NCBI GenBank assembly: GCA_964493995.1
Contig: CAZBQD010000002.1
Location: forward strand, 20,901 to 84,900
DNA length: 64,000 bases
DNA from: an uncultured Francisella sp.
GTDB lineage: Bacteria; Pseudomonadota; Gammaproteobacteria; Thiomicrospirales; Thiomicrospiraceae
Reading direction: 5' to 3'
The notes under the pieces were generated by a model. The model was given only the letters and a program-made list of their open reading frames with translations. It was not told the DNA's origin and did no database searches. Shown here piece after piece: positions 1 through 9,500 of this stretch. The position numbers were made by a program, and so were the translations under genes. Numbering within the stretch: the stretch's first letter is position 1; every line of letters begins with the position of its first letter.

Positions 1-1
1 A

Positions 2-1234
2 CGCATTGATAGCGCGCTACACGCCATTGAAGAAGCCAACGGCGCAAAGCTCACAGGCGTATTTCAGGGCATCAGCTTTAATACCGATAAGCTGGGCGAA
101 GAAAAACAGAAAAATGAAATCTTGCGCCACCTGCTAGAAGACTTTGCCTGCGATACCTTAGATCTGCGTCCGCACCGAATTGGCAAGCTCGACATTATTG
201 GTAACGCTTACGAGTTTCTGATTAAACACTTTGCCGCAACTTCGGGCAAGTCGGCAGGAGAATTTTATACCGCTCCAGAAGTGTCTGAGCTGCTTGCAAG
301 GGTGTTACAACCACAAGAAGGTGACCAGATTTGTGACCCGACTTGTGGCTCAGGCTCGTTATTGCTCAAATGTGCGAAACAGATTCAACAGCATTTTAAT
401 GGCTCGAAAAAATACGCGCTGTTTGGACAGGAAGCCATTGGTTCGACTTGGGCATTAGCGAAAATGAACATGTTCTTGCATGGCGAAGATAACCACCGCA
501 TTGAGTGGGGCGATACCATTCGCAACCCTAAGCTACAAGATAAAAACGGTGGACTATTGCATTTTGATGTGGTAACGGCTAATCCGCCTTTTTCGTTAGA
601 GAAGTGGGGGCATGAACATGCCGAACATGACCCTTGGGGACGTTTTGAGCGTGGCGTACCACCCAAAACCAAGGGTGATTATGCCTTTATTTTGCATATG
701 ATCGAAACGCTGAAACCACAAAGTGGGCGTATGGGCGTGGTTGTCCCGCATGGGGTGCTATTCCGTGGTTCGTCGGAAGGGGCGATTCGTACAAGGTTGA
801 TTGAAGAAAACCTGTTGGATGCGGTGATTGGACTGCCAGAAAAGTTGTTCTTCGGTACGGGTATTCCTGCCGCTATTTTGATTTTCAAAAAGCACAAAAC
901 AGACAATAGTGTTTTGTTTATCGATGCCAGCCGTGAGTACAAGTCGGAAAAGAATCAAAATAAACTCACCGACGACAACCTAAATAAAATCGTCAGCACC
1001 TACTTTGCTCGCCAAACGGTTGAAAAGTATGCTTACCTCGCCAGCTTAGACGAGATTAAAGATAATGACTACAACCTAAACATTCCGCGCTATGTCGATA
1101 CCTTTGAGGAAGAGGAAGAAATCGACCTGATGGCGGTGCGTAGCGAACGCATTGCCTTACAGGCAGAACTCAATGCGCTAGAAGCGCAAATGGAAGCTTA
1201 TTTGTTGGAATTGGGTTATGAGGCAAACGCATGA
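2..1234 (+). CDS. hsdM: Type I restriction-modification DNA methyltransferase subunit HsdM (5' end lies upstream of the window)
   Basis: The frame is open from nt 2. The translation has the SAM-binding motif DPTCGSGSLL and the N6-adenine catalytic motif NPPF (VVTANPPFS). hsdS and hsdR follow in the same operon. Confidence 0.9.
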   Translation, partial: RIDSALHAIEEANGAKLTGVFQGISFNTDKLGEEKQKNEILRHLLEDFACDTLDLRPHRIGKLDIIGNAYEFLIKHFAATSGKSAGEFYTAPEVSELLARVLQPQEGDQICDPTCGSGSLLLKCAKQIQQHFNGSKKYALFGQEAIGSTWALAKMNMFLHGEDNHRIEWGDTIRNPKLQDKNGGLLHFDVVTANPPFSLEKWGHEHAEHDPWGRFERGVPPKTKGDYAFILHMIETLKPQSGRMGVVVPHGVLFRGSSEGAIRTRLIEENLLDAVIGLPEKLFFGTGIPAAILIFKKHKTDNSVLFIDASREYKSEKNQNKLTDDNLNKIVSTYFARQTVEKYAYLASLDEIKDNDYNLNIPRYVDTFEEEEEIDLMAVRSERIALQAELNALEAQMEAYLLELGYEANA

Positions 1235-1977
1235 CATTCACGCAACTGGATCAACTTAAAGCACGGCTAGACGCTTATCGTCCGCTCGATGCCCATATTG
1301 TGCGAAACCTGCACGAGAATTTGGTTTTACAATGGACTTATCACAGTAATGCCATTGAAGGTAACACACTTACACTCAAAGAAACCAAGGTTGCGCTTGA
1401 GGGCATTACTATTGGTGGTAAAACACTGCGTGAGCATTTCGAGGTGATTAACCACAAAGAAGCGATTTTGATGGTTGAAGAGTTGGTGAGCCAACAAGCT
1501 CCGCTAACCGAGCGCGTGATTAAAGACTTGCATTATCTGGTGCTGAAAAACATTGACCAAGACAATGCAGGACGTTACCGACAGGTGAATGTGTTGATTT
1601 CGGGTGCAGAACATAAACCCGTCGATGCGCTTCATGTTCCTGAACAGATGACGACTTTTATCGACTGGTACGCCACACAAGCCGCTCACTTACATCCTGT
1701 TGAACGCGCGGCACGGGTGCATGGGGAGTTTGTGAAAATTCATCCGTTTGTTGATGGTAATGGACGCACTGCGCGATTATTGATGAATTTAGAATTGATG
1801 AAATCAGGTTTTCCTGCGGCAGTATTACCTGTCGAAAGCCGATTAGCCTATTACGAAGCCTTAGACACTGCGCATTGCAAAGGGGATTATGCGCCTTTTA
1901 TCGCCTTACTCTGCCAAGTCGTTGCCGATAGCTTTAAGCCTTACTGGTGGGCATTGGGGGTTGAAGATGTTGCCTGA
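1231..1977 (+). CDS. Fic family protein (class II, putative AMP-transferase) embedded in the type I R-M operon
   Basis: Canonical Fic motif HPFVDGNGRTARLL (nt 1741-1782). An N-terminal inhibitory-helix motif SNAIEG, of the form (S/T)xxxE(G/N), lies near nt 1345-1362. The start overlaps the hsdM stop as ATGA (1231-1234). Confidence 0.85.
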   Translation: MTFTQLDQLKARLDAYRPLDAHIVRNLHENLVLQWTYHSNAIEGNTLTLKETKVALEGITIGGKTLREHFEVINHKEAILMVEELVSQQAPLTERVIKDLHYLVLKNIDQDNAGRYRQVNVLISGAEHKPVDALHVPEQMTTFIDWYATQAAHLHPVERAARVHGEFVKIHPFVDGNGRTARLLMNLELMKSGFPAAVLPVESRLAYYEALDTAHCKGDYAPFIALLCQVVADSFKPYWWALGVEDVA

Positions 1978-3133
1978 GGGGTGGAAACGCATTCCAATTA
2001 AAGACGCTTGTGAATCAATCATTGATTGTGTAAATAAAACAGCTCCTGTTGTTGATTATGAAACTCCTTACAAAATGATTAGGACTACTAATGTTAGGCA
2101 CGGTCGTGTGGATGTAACTGATGTTCGATATGTTGCAAAGGAAACATACTTAGAGTGGACACGAAGAGGACTTCCTAAAAAAGGAGACATTATCTTCACT
2201 CGTGAAGCGCCTGTTGGCGAAGTAGGCGTTCTTGAAGATGATACTGGTGTTTTCCTTGGGCAAAGAACAATGATGTATCGTGCAGATAATAATAAAGCAA
2301 ATAATTATTATCTTTTTTACTCTTTATTAACTAAATTTTGCCAAAAACAAATTGAAGACTTTAGTAATGGTGGAACAGTTGCTCATATGAGAGTACCTGA
2401 TTGCGGTGAAATTTTAGTCAACTTACCCCCTCTCCCCGAACAAAAGAAAATCGCCCAAATCTTATCTACTTGGGATAAAGCCATCACCACCACCGAGCAA
2501 CTGATTGCCAATAGCCAACAGCAGAAAAAAGCCCTCATGAAACAACTGCTCACAGGCAAAAAACGCTTGCTTGATGATAACGGGGTTAGGTTTAGTGGGG
2601 AGTGGGAGCATTCAACTCTTAGAAATATACTGACGGTTTCTAAAGGTCAGCAACTTAATAAAGATACACTAGATTCAACAGGGCTTTATCCTGTAATTAA
2701 TGGCGGCATTACGCCATCAGGTTATACTGACCAGAAAAATAGGTCAGCAAATACAATTACCATTAGTGAAGGTGGTAATTCGTGTGGTTATGTAGCATTC
2801 CAGACAAAAGACTTTTGGTGTGGTGGGCATTGCTATTCTGCTACAAACTTAAAACTTAACCTACAGTTTACTTATCACTGTTTGAAATTTAATGAAAATA
2901 GAATCATGAAGTTAAGGGTTGGTTCTGGTTTGCCAAATATTCAGAAAAAAGACATTGATGGATTAGTAATTAAGTATCCTAACTGTCATATAGAACAACA
3001 AAAAATCGCTTCTGTTCTTTCCTCAGCAGATCGTGAAATTGAGGTGTTGCAAAGCAAGCTAACTGCACTCAAGCAAGAGAAAATATCCCTGATGCAACAG
3101 TTGTTGACAGGGAAACGGAGAGTTATTGTATGA
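1967..3133 (+). CDS. hsdS: Type I R-M specificity subunit HsdS
   Basis: Two variable target-recognition regions are separated by duplicated conserved helices (EQKKIAQILSTWDKAI...LMKQLLTGKKRL and EQQKIASVLSSADREI...LMQQLLTGKRRV). I chose the ATG at 1967 (MLPEGWKRIP) because the ORF-track start at 1889 lies inside fic. It overlaps the fic stop by 11 nt. Confidence 0.85.
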   Translation: MLPEGWKRIPIKDACESIIDCVNKTAPVVDYETPYKMIRTTNVRHGRVDVTDVRYVAKETYLEWTRRGLPKKGDIIFTREAPVGEVGVLEDDTGVFLGQRTMMYRADNNKANNYYLFYSLLTKFCQKQIEDFSNGGTVAHMRVPDCGEILVNLPPLPEQKKIAQILSTWDKAITTTEQLIANSQQQKKALMKQLLTGKKRLLDDNGVRFSGEWEHSTLRNILTVSKGQQLNKDTLDSTGLYPVINGGITPSGYTDQKNRSANTITISEGGNSCGYVAFQTKDFWCGGHCYSATNLKLNLQFTYHCLKFNENRIMKLRVGSGLPNIQKKDIDGLVIKYPNCHIEQQKIASVLSSADREIEVLQSKLTALKQEKISLMQQLLTGKRRVIV

Positions 3134-4494
3134 CTGTTAGCTTTAACTCAAGAGATGAGTTTCAACGCCAACCAATCGCTCAGAAGCTAATAAAACTATT
3201 GGCTAGTGATGTGAATGTTTCCCCTATGGTCATTGATGGGCCGTGGGGGTCAGGTAAAACTGAATTTACTCTTAAATTAATTGATCTTTTTCAGAATAAA
3301 GAGCCTTCCTTTAATTTAATTTACATTGATGCATTTAAGGCTGACCATGCCGATAATCCTTTAATGATGGTACTGGCAGAAATCATAAAACACCTTCCTG
3401 AAGAGCAGAAGGATTCAGTAATTGATAAAGCAATTCCTGCTATTCGCTCTCTTTCAAAAACCATAGCAAAAGCTGCAACAAGCTGGATTCTAAGGCAAGA
3501 CAGCGCAGATATTATTGAAGATTTTGAATCCGAGATTAAAGAGGCATCAGATAGCTTAATTGATTATTCTGTTGAACAGCTTCTGAAGTCTCACATTGAA
3601 GCCGATAAGAACTTAACAGCTTTGCAAAAATTACTAGAAGAAATTTCAAAAGACGAGCCAATAATACTATTTATTGATGAATTAGACCGATGCCGTCCAG
3701 ACTTCTCAGTTTCTACTCTAGAGACCATTAAGCATGTTTTCAATGTTCCAAATGTTCAATTCGTTTTGATTACAAATCAAAGCCAACTTTTGGCATCCGT
3801 TAAGCACATCTATGGTTCACAACTCGATGCAAAGCGTTATCTTGATAAGTTCCTCAGATTTTCATTTAAGTTATCCTCAACCGTTGGAACTAATAGCCAT
3901 AATCTACAACATGCGTCTGAGATTTATTTCAGCAATTTGATAGTTAAAAGCGATGTCTTAAAAGACAGTGTTTTTAGAGAGCAGGCTGGACGTGGAATTA
4001 TTGGATTTGGCATCGATTTAGTCAAAAATCATCACTTATCATTAAGAGAGGTTGAGACTTTTGTTCGCTACATTGAAATTTATCATACCCTTTCTGAAGG
4101 CTTTTCTAAGAACCTCATCTTGGGATATGGGTTACTTCGAGTAATAGGGGTTTTTATTTATTCTTTTGCAAGTGGATTTGCGAAAGAACTTGATAGAGAC
4201 ATTGTAAGTGGTTACAGCGTTAATGAATTCTTCGGAAAAACTGACCTTATTGACATTGAAAATACGAAACCGAAAAATTACATGCAAATAATTCATGCAA
4301 TGTTTGCGATGGAATTAAATATGCATTCTGATAGTTACGATAAATTCGAGAAGCCTTTACAGAATCTAAAACCAAATTGGAATGTTCATTTTGGTTCAAT
4401 GTTCAGCGGGAGTTTTCATTACTATGCTGACGAAGGTAATCTAATTCACGTAAAGTCAGCCATTCGTGAACTAATGATGCTTTCATGTAACTAG
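3130..4494 (+). CDS. KAP family P-loop NTPase
   Basis: Walker A GPWGSGKT (nt 3238-3261) and the KAP-type Walker B IILFIDELDRCRP (nt 3661-3699), with YLDKFLRFSF downstream. The start overlaps the hsdS stop as ATGA (3130-3133). No hydrophobic transmembrane insert is visible between Walker A and Walker B. Confidence 0.8.
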   Translation: MTVSFNSRDEFQRQPIAQKLIKLLASDVNVSPMVIDGPWGSGKTEFTLKLIDLFQNKEPSFNLIYIDAFKADHADNPLMMVLAEIIKHLPEEQKDSVIDKAIPAIRSLSKTIAKAATSWILRQDSADIIEDFESEIKEASDSLIDYSVEQLLKSHIEADKNLTALQKLLEEISKDEPIILFIDELDRCRPDFSVSTLETIKHVFNVPNVQFVLITNQSQLLASVKHIYGSQLDAKRYLDKFLRFSFKLSSTVGTNSHNLQHASEIYFSNLIVKSDVLKDSVFREQAGRGIIGFGIDLVKNHHLSLREVETFVRYIEIYHTLSEGFSKNLILGYGLLRVIGVFIYSFASGFAKELDRDIVSGYSVNEFFGKTDLIDIENTKPKNYMQIIHAMFAMELNMHSDSYDKFEKPLQNLKPNWNVHFGSMFSGSFHYYADEGNLIHVKSAIRELMMLSCN

Positions 4495-4504
4495 AAGTAG
4501 CCTT

Positions 4505-4597
4505 ATGACCCAACCCATCGCCCAATTCCACGAAGAAGTCGGTGAAAACTTGATGACAATTTGCAGCACCAACTTGGATCAATGCCATGTTAAATGA
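4505..4597 (+). pseudogene. Remnant of an hsdR 5' end (30-codon ORF, MTQPIAQFHEEV...)
   Basis: nt 4505-4544 match the true hsdR start at 6518-6557 at 38 of 40 positions. The first 12 codons are identical, then the sequences diverge and a stop occurs at 4595-4597. The remnant sits 10 nt after the KAP stop. Confidence 0.55.
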
Positions 4598-6521
4598 ATA
4601 CTCCGCCGAATCTTTGCTCGAGCAGCTCCGTGAACTGGATGAGCATCCTCGTCTTGAGGCGAAAAGCGGTTCACAAATAGGCGCATCGGTAATGCAAACC
4701 GTGTGTGCGTTCGCGAATGAGCCGAATTTAGGCGGTGGTTACTTGCTGTTGGGTGTCGAAGAACCAGATGAAGCACATGTTAAGTTTTGGATGTCTGGGT
4801 TGTCTGATACTGACAAGTTATTAAATGAATTGCAAAACAACTGCCGAGAACAGTTTGAGCAGCCGATTTCAGTTAAGGCAGAAGTAGCGACTTTAGAAGA
4901 TAAGCGCGTTATTTTAATTTATGTACCAGAGCTGGAGTCAGCTGCCAAACCTTGTACCTTTAAGGGTAAGTTTGATAGTAAAAACAAAAGAAAAACAGGG
5001 GTATGGCGTCGTGGCTTAAATGGCGATTATGAGTGTTCTCAGCAAGAGCTAACGCCGTTGTTATTAGCTAAAAATGGTGTGAGTTATGAGCAAGTTGTTC
5101 TCGATGATGCCGAAATGGACGACTTAGATGCCAGCGTGATCACCTTATACCGAAACCTTCGCGCTAAAGTATCGCCGCAGGCCGAGGAATTATTGGCCGA
5201 TGATTTAGAACTGTTACGTGCGTTGCAACTTATCAAGAAACAACATGGCGAATTCAAACCCACTATTGCGGGTCTGCTTTTATTTGGTAAGCCTTTGGCT
5301 TTACGTCGCTTATTACCAGCGGTACGCGTGGATTATATTCGAGTACATGGAACACAGTGGGTTGAAAATCCAGAACAACGGTTTGCCTATACTCAAGACT
5401 TTCGTCAACCCATTATTAGCTTGATCTCTAAACTTGAAGCCACTATTTTGGATGATATGCCGCGCTATTTTCGACTAAATGAAGGCGAAACACAGCGTTC
5501 GGATACACCTCTTCTCCCTCAAAGGGTGGTGCGTGAGGCTGTCGTCAATGCCTTGATGCACCGAGATTATTTTGTTAATCAGCCAACTTTGGTGGTTCGG
5601 TTTAGCAATCGATTAGAAATTCGTAACGCCGGTTATTCACTCAAACCAGAAAACCAGTTAGGGGAGATGGGTTCTAAGCTTCGCAATCCGATTTTGGCCT
5701 CGGTGTTGTATGATCTTAACTTTGCCGAGACCAAGGGTTCAGGAATTCGAACTATGCGACGCTTGTTGCATGAGGTTGGATTGAGTGCACCTGTGTTTGT
5801 GAATCATCAAATTGAAAATCAGTTCACATCAATCTATTTGTTGCATCAGTTGATGGGGGAAGATCAACTCACATGGCTTAAACAGTTTTCTCATTTGTGC
5901 TTGTCTGACGATGAAGCCAAGGCGTTGACCCTTGCGAAGGAAACAGGTGCAGTTGATAATGCGGCCTTAAGATCTATTACGGATCTTGATACGCTGGCGG
6001 CAAGCCGTGTTTTAACGAAGCTGACCCATCAAAAAGGGTTACTTATGCAGGGTGGTGCTGGTGCATCGACCTATTATCAGCTATCAGTGCTGTCGAATAT
6101 GCCGCTCTTTGATGTGGCAAATACGAGTGACCTAGAACCAAATACAGGTGACTTCGACTCAAATACAGGTGACTTCAACTCAAATACAGGTGAGCTAGAT
6201 GTTAATAGAGATGACCTACCAGAAGCATTGCACAATGCTATTAAAGAACTAACTCCTAAAGCAAGAAAAAACGTTTTATGGCCAATTATTATCTGGCTGT
6301 GTGCGCTAAGCCCTATGTCGGCTGACAAATTAGCACACATTATTGGCAGACAAATTAACGCATTAAAAGCAAGTCATCTAACTCAATTGAGAGAAAAAGA
6401 GGGCTACATTCAATATCTTTACCCAGAGGTCATCAATCATCCTGAACAGGCTTATATCTCAACAGAGTCTGGCAAGCAGTGGCTAAAACAGCAAACCATT
6501 TATAGTGATTCGAACTCATGA
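4587..6521 (+). CDS. AlbA_2 (Schlafen-like) domain plus HATPase_c_4 (RecG-like C-terminal) domain protein, putative nucleic-acid-binding ATPase or regulator
   Basis: The N-terminal signature EHPRLEAKSG...VCAFANEPNLGGGYLLLGVEE is typical of AlbA_2. The central REAVVNALMHRDYFVNQPTLVVRFSNRLEIRNAGY is typical of HATPase_c_4. The stop overlaps the hsdR start as ATGA (6518-6521). Confidence 0.7.
   Translation: MLNEYSAESLLEQLRELDEHPRLEAKSGSQIGASVMQTVCAFANEPNLGGGYLLLGVEEPDEAHVKFWMSGLSDTDKLLNELQNNCREQFEQPISVKAEVATLEDKRVILIYVPELESAAKPCTFKGKFDSKNKRKTGVWRRGLNGDYECSQQELTPLLLAKNGVSYEQVVLDDAEMDDLDASVITLYRNLRAKVSPQAEELLADDLELLRALQLIKKQHGEFKPTIAGLLLFGKPLALRRLLPAVRVDYIRVHGTQWVENPEQRFAYTQDFRQPIISLISKLEATILDDMPRYFRLNEGETQRSDTPLLPQRVVREAVVNALMHRDYFVNQPTLVVRFSNRLEIRNAGYSLKPENQLGEMGSKLRNPILASVLYDLNFAETKGSGIRTMRRLLHEVGLSAPVFVNHQIENQFTSIYLLHQLMGEDQLTWLKQFSHLCLSDDEAKALTLAKETGAVDNAALRSITDLDTLAASRVLTKLTHQKGLLMQGGAGASTYYQLSVLSNMPLFDVANTSDLEPNTGDFDSNTGDFNSNTGELDVNRDDLPEALHNAIKELTPKARKNVLWPIIIWLCALSPMSADKLAHIIGRQINALKASHLTQLREKEGYIQYLYPEVINHPEQAYISTESGKQWLKQQTIYSDSNS
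6120..6203 (+). repeat. In-frame 21-bp tandem repeat, 4 units, encoding NTSDLEP/NTGDFDS/NTGDFNS/NTGELDV
   Basis: Units 6141-6161 and 6162-6182 differ at one position. The flanking units are more diverged. The repeat lies in a linker of the AlbA_2 protein. Confidence 0.85.
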
Positions 6522-9500
6522 CACAACCCATCGCCCAATTCCACGAAGAAGTCAGTGCTAAACTGCCAGCCCTAACATTGCTAACCAATCTCGGTTATCA
6601 GTTTATCTCGCCACAACAAGCACTGGAAATGCGTGAGTCTTTATCATCGGTTGTGCTGGTCGATGTACTGCGCGAGGTATTGCAACAGAAGTCTATTGAT
6701 TTTCAGGGTAAGCGTTATCCCTTGTCCGATGCAGCCATTTACAACATTATTCATCAGCTCTCGCACCCTGCCATGAATGAAGGGTTACGCATTGCCAATG
6801 AAAAGCTGTATGACACCCTCACTTATGGCGTCAATATTACCGAATTTATCGAAGGTAAAAAGGTTCACGCCACCATTCAGCTCATCGACTGGGACGCACC
6901 GAGCAATAACCGCTTTCACTTCACCGAAGAGTTTGAGGTGCTCAATACGCACGGTATCGGCAAGCGTATCCCCGATATTGTCTGCTTTGTAAATGGCTTG
7001 CCTTGGGTGGTGATTGAAGCAAAGCGTCCCGATGCTTCACATACAGGCAAACCAACGGTTGAAGAAGGCATTTCGCAAAATATTCGCAACCAAAAAGTCG
7101 ATGAAATTCCGCATTTGTTTGCCTACGCCCAATTGTTATTAGCGGTGAATGGGCATGAAGGGCTATATGGAACTTGTGGCACACCTGCTAAGTTTTGGGC
7201 GAAGTGGAAAGAGGAACACATCAGCGAAGCCGACTTCTCGTCACTGAAAAACCAACGCCTAACGTCAGCACAACTAGAAACCATTTTTGCTCATCGAACG
7301 ACCAAGCAAAAACAAGATTATTTATCTTTGCTGGCGGGTGGTGAGTTATTGGTCACGGATCAGGATCGTTTGATTGTTGCCTTGCTAACCCCCGAACGAT
7401 TACTGGAAACGACACGCTTGTTTACGCTGTTCGATAAAAAGTCGGGTAAGATTGTCGCGCGTTATCAGCAGGTATTTGGCATTAAAGCCCTCGTTGAACG
7501 TATTTCAACCTTTGATGATAAAGGCGCACGTAATGGCGGAGTGATTTGGCATACCACAGGTTCGGGTAAGTCATTTACGATGGTATTTTTAGCCAAAGCG
7601 TTAATTTGGTTAGAAGCACTAGCCAAGTGCAGAGTGGTAGTGGTCACCGATAGAGTCGATTTAGAAGATCAACTGGCACGTACCTTTGCTTCAGGTGGGG
7701 CATTGTCGGATAAAGACAAAAAAGATGCCATGGCAACCACTGGCAAGCGTTTGGCAGAACAAATTGGTAAAGGTAACGAACGCATTATCTTCTCGATCAT
7801 TAATAAGTTTGGCACAGCAGTCGGTTTACCTGAGTGCTATAACGATAGCCCCGATATAATTGTACTGGTGGACGAAGGACACCGTAGCCAAAATGGTGAA
7901 AATAACATTCGGATGCAACAAGCCTTACCCAAAGCGGCTTTTGTTGCCTTTACAGGAACACCATTACTCAAAGACGACAAAACCGAGAATAAATTCGGGC
8001 AGATTCTTCATTCCTACACCATGCAACAAGCCGTTGCCGATGGTACGGTCACGCCCTTGTTGTATGAAGAGCGTATTCCCGAACTGAATACCAATGATGC
8101 AGCAATTGATGCGTGGTTTGATCGTATTTCGTCCCCCTTAAGCGATAAGCAAAAAAGTGACTTGAAGAAAAAGTTTGCGCAAAAAGGTCAGGTGTACCAA
8201 GCTGAAGGACGGATTGAACTGATCGCTTATGATATTTCTGATCACTTTCTGAACTTTAAGGCGTTAGGGTTAAAAGGGCAATTAGCCTGTGACTCTAAAG
8301 CCTCTGCTATTCGTTACAAGCAATTGCTGGATAAGATTGGTAAGGTGACATCGGTCGTCGCTATGTCGCCTCCCGATACACGCGAAGGACATGATGACAT
8401 AGACACAGAAAGCAGCGACTTGGTGCAAAACTGGTGGAAATCAAATGTCGGTTCGCAAGATGAAAAAGCTTATACCAAGAACATTATTGCCGCTTTTGCT
8501 AAAGAAGACGGTCCTGACCTTATGATTGTTGTCGATAAGTTGCTAACGGGCTTTGATGAACCTAAAAATACCGTTCTTTACATTGATAAACCGCTGAAAC
8601 AGCATAACCTGATTCAAGCCATTGCGCGTGTTAATCGCTTACACGCGCAAAAGCAATTTGGTTATTTGATTGATTACCGCGGCATTCTCAAGGAATTGGA
8701 TACCACCATTGCCGACTATCAAGATTTAGCCAAACGTACCCAAGGTGGTTTCGATATAGACGACTTAAAAGGTTTGTATCAGCAAATGGAAACGGAATAT
8801 AAGAAGCTTCCACGGTTATACAGCGAACTCTGGGCTGTATTTGCCGATGTGCGTAACAAGCAAGATGGTGCGGCATTGCGGGCGCATCTTGCACCCAAGA
8901 TGGACAATATTGATGGTCAGGTGGTCGATACAAATCTTAAAAAGCGTGATGATTTTTATGAAGCACTCACCAGCTTTACCAATGTGTTAAAAGTGGCATT
9001 GCAATCGGCGAGTTATTTTGACGATAAGAGCTTTGACAGTAAGCGGCAGGTGTATAAAGACACCTTAAAAATGATGGTGCAACTGCGTCAACAAGTACGC
9101 CAAGACGCCGAAGAAACAGTCGATTACGACCAATATGCTAACGACATTAAAGCATTACTTGATAAGCATATCGGTGGACTTAGGGTGTTAGAAGCGGAAG
9201 GGGTTTATCTGGTGGGTGATATGGGCATAAAAGTGCAACCCGACACCATGACAGATGAAGAGGCACGCAATAAGAAAGATGTCATTACAGGTCGTGTCAC
9301 GCGCATGATTGAACAGGACTTAGCTGATGATCCCTACGCTCAGGCTCATTTTTCTAAAATGTTGAAAGATGCCATTGAGCAAGCTAAAGCCATGTTCGAC
9401 GCACCTGTGAAGCAATATATGTTGTTTGCGGATTTTGAACAAAAAGTAAAAGACAGAAACGTCGAGGGCGTACCACAAGACAAGTTAGCAAAAATTGACC

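Noticed and set aside
1889-1966. N-terminal extension of the hsdS ORF given in the ORF track (start 1889)
   Set aside because: It lies entirely inside the fic coding region in another frame. The ATG at 1967 gives a typical HsdS N-terminus (MLPEGWKRIP) with a short overlap to fic.
6077-6340. 87-aa minus-strand ORF with repeated KSPVFE units
   Set aside because: It is the antisense reading of the 21-bp tandem repeat inside the AlbA_2 gene. The repeat periodicity is in frame with the plus-strand gene.
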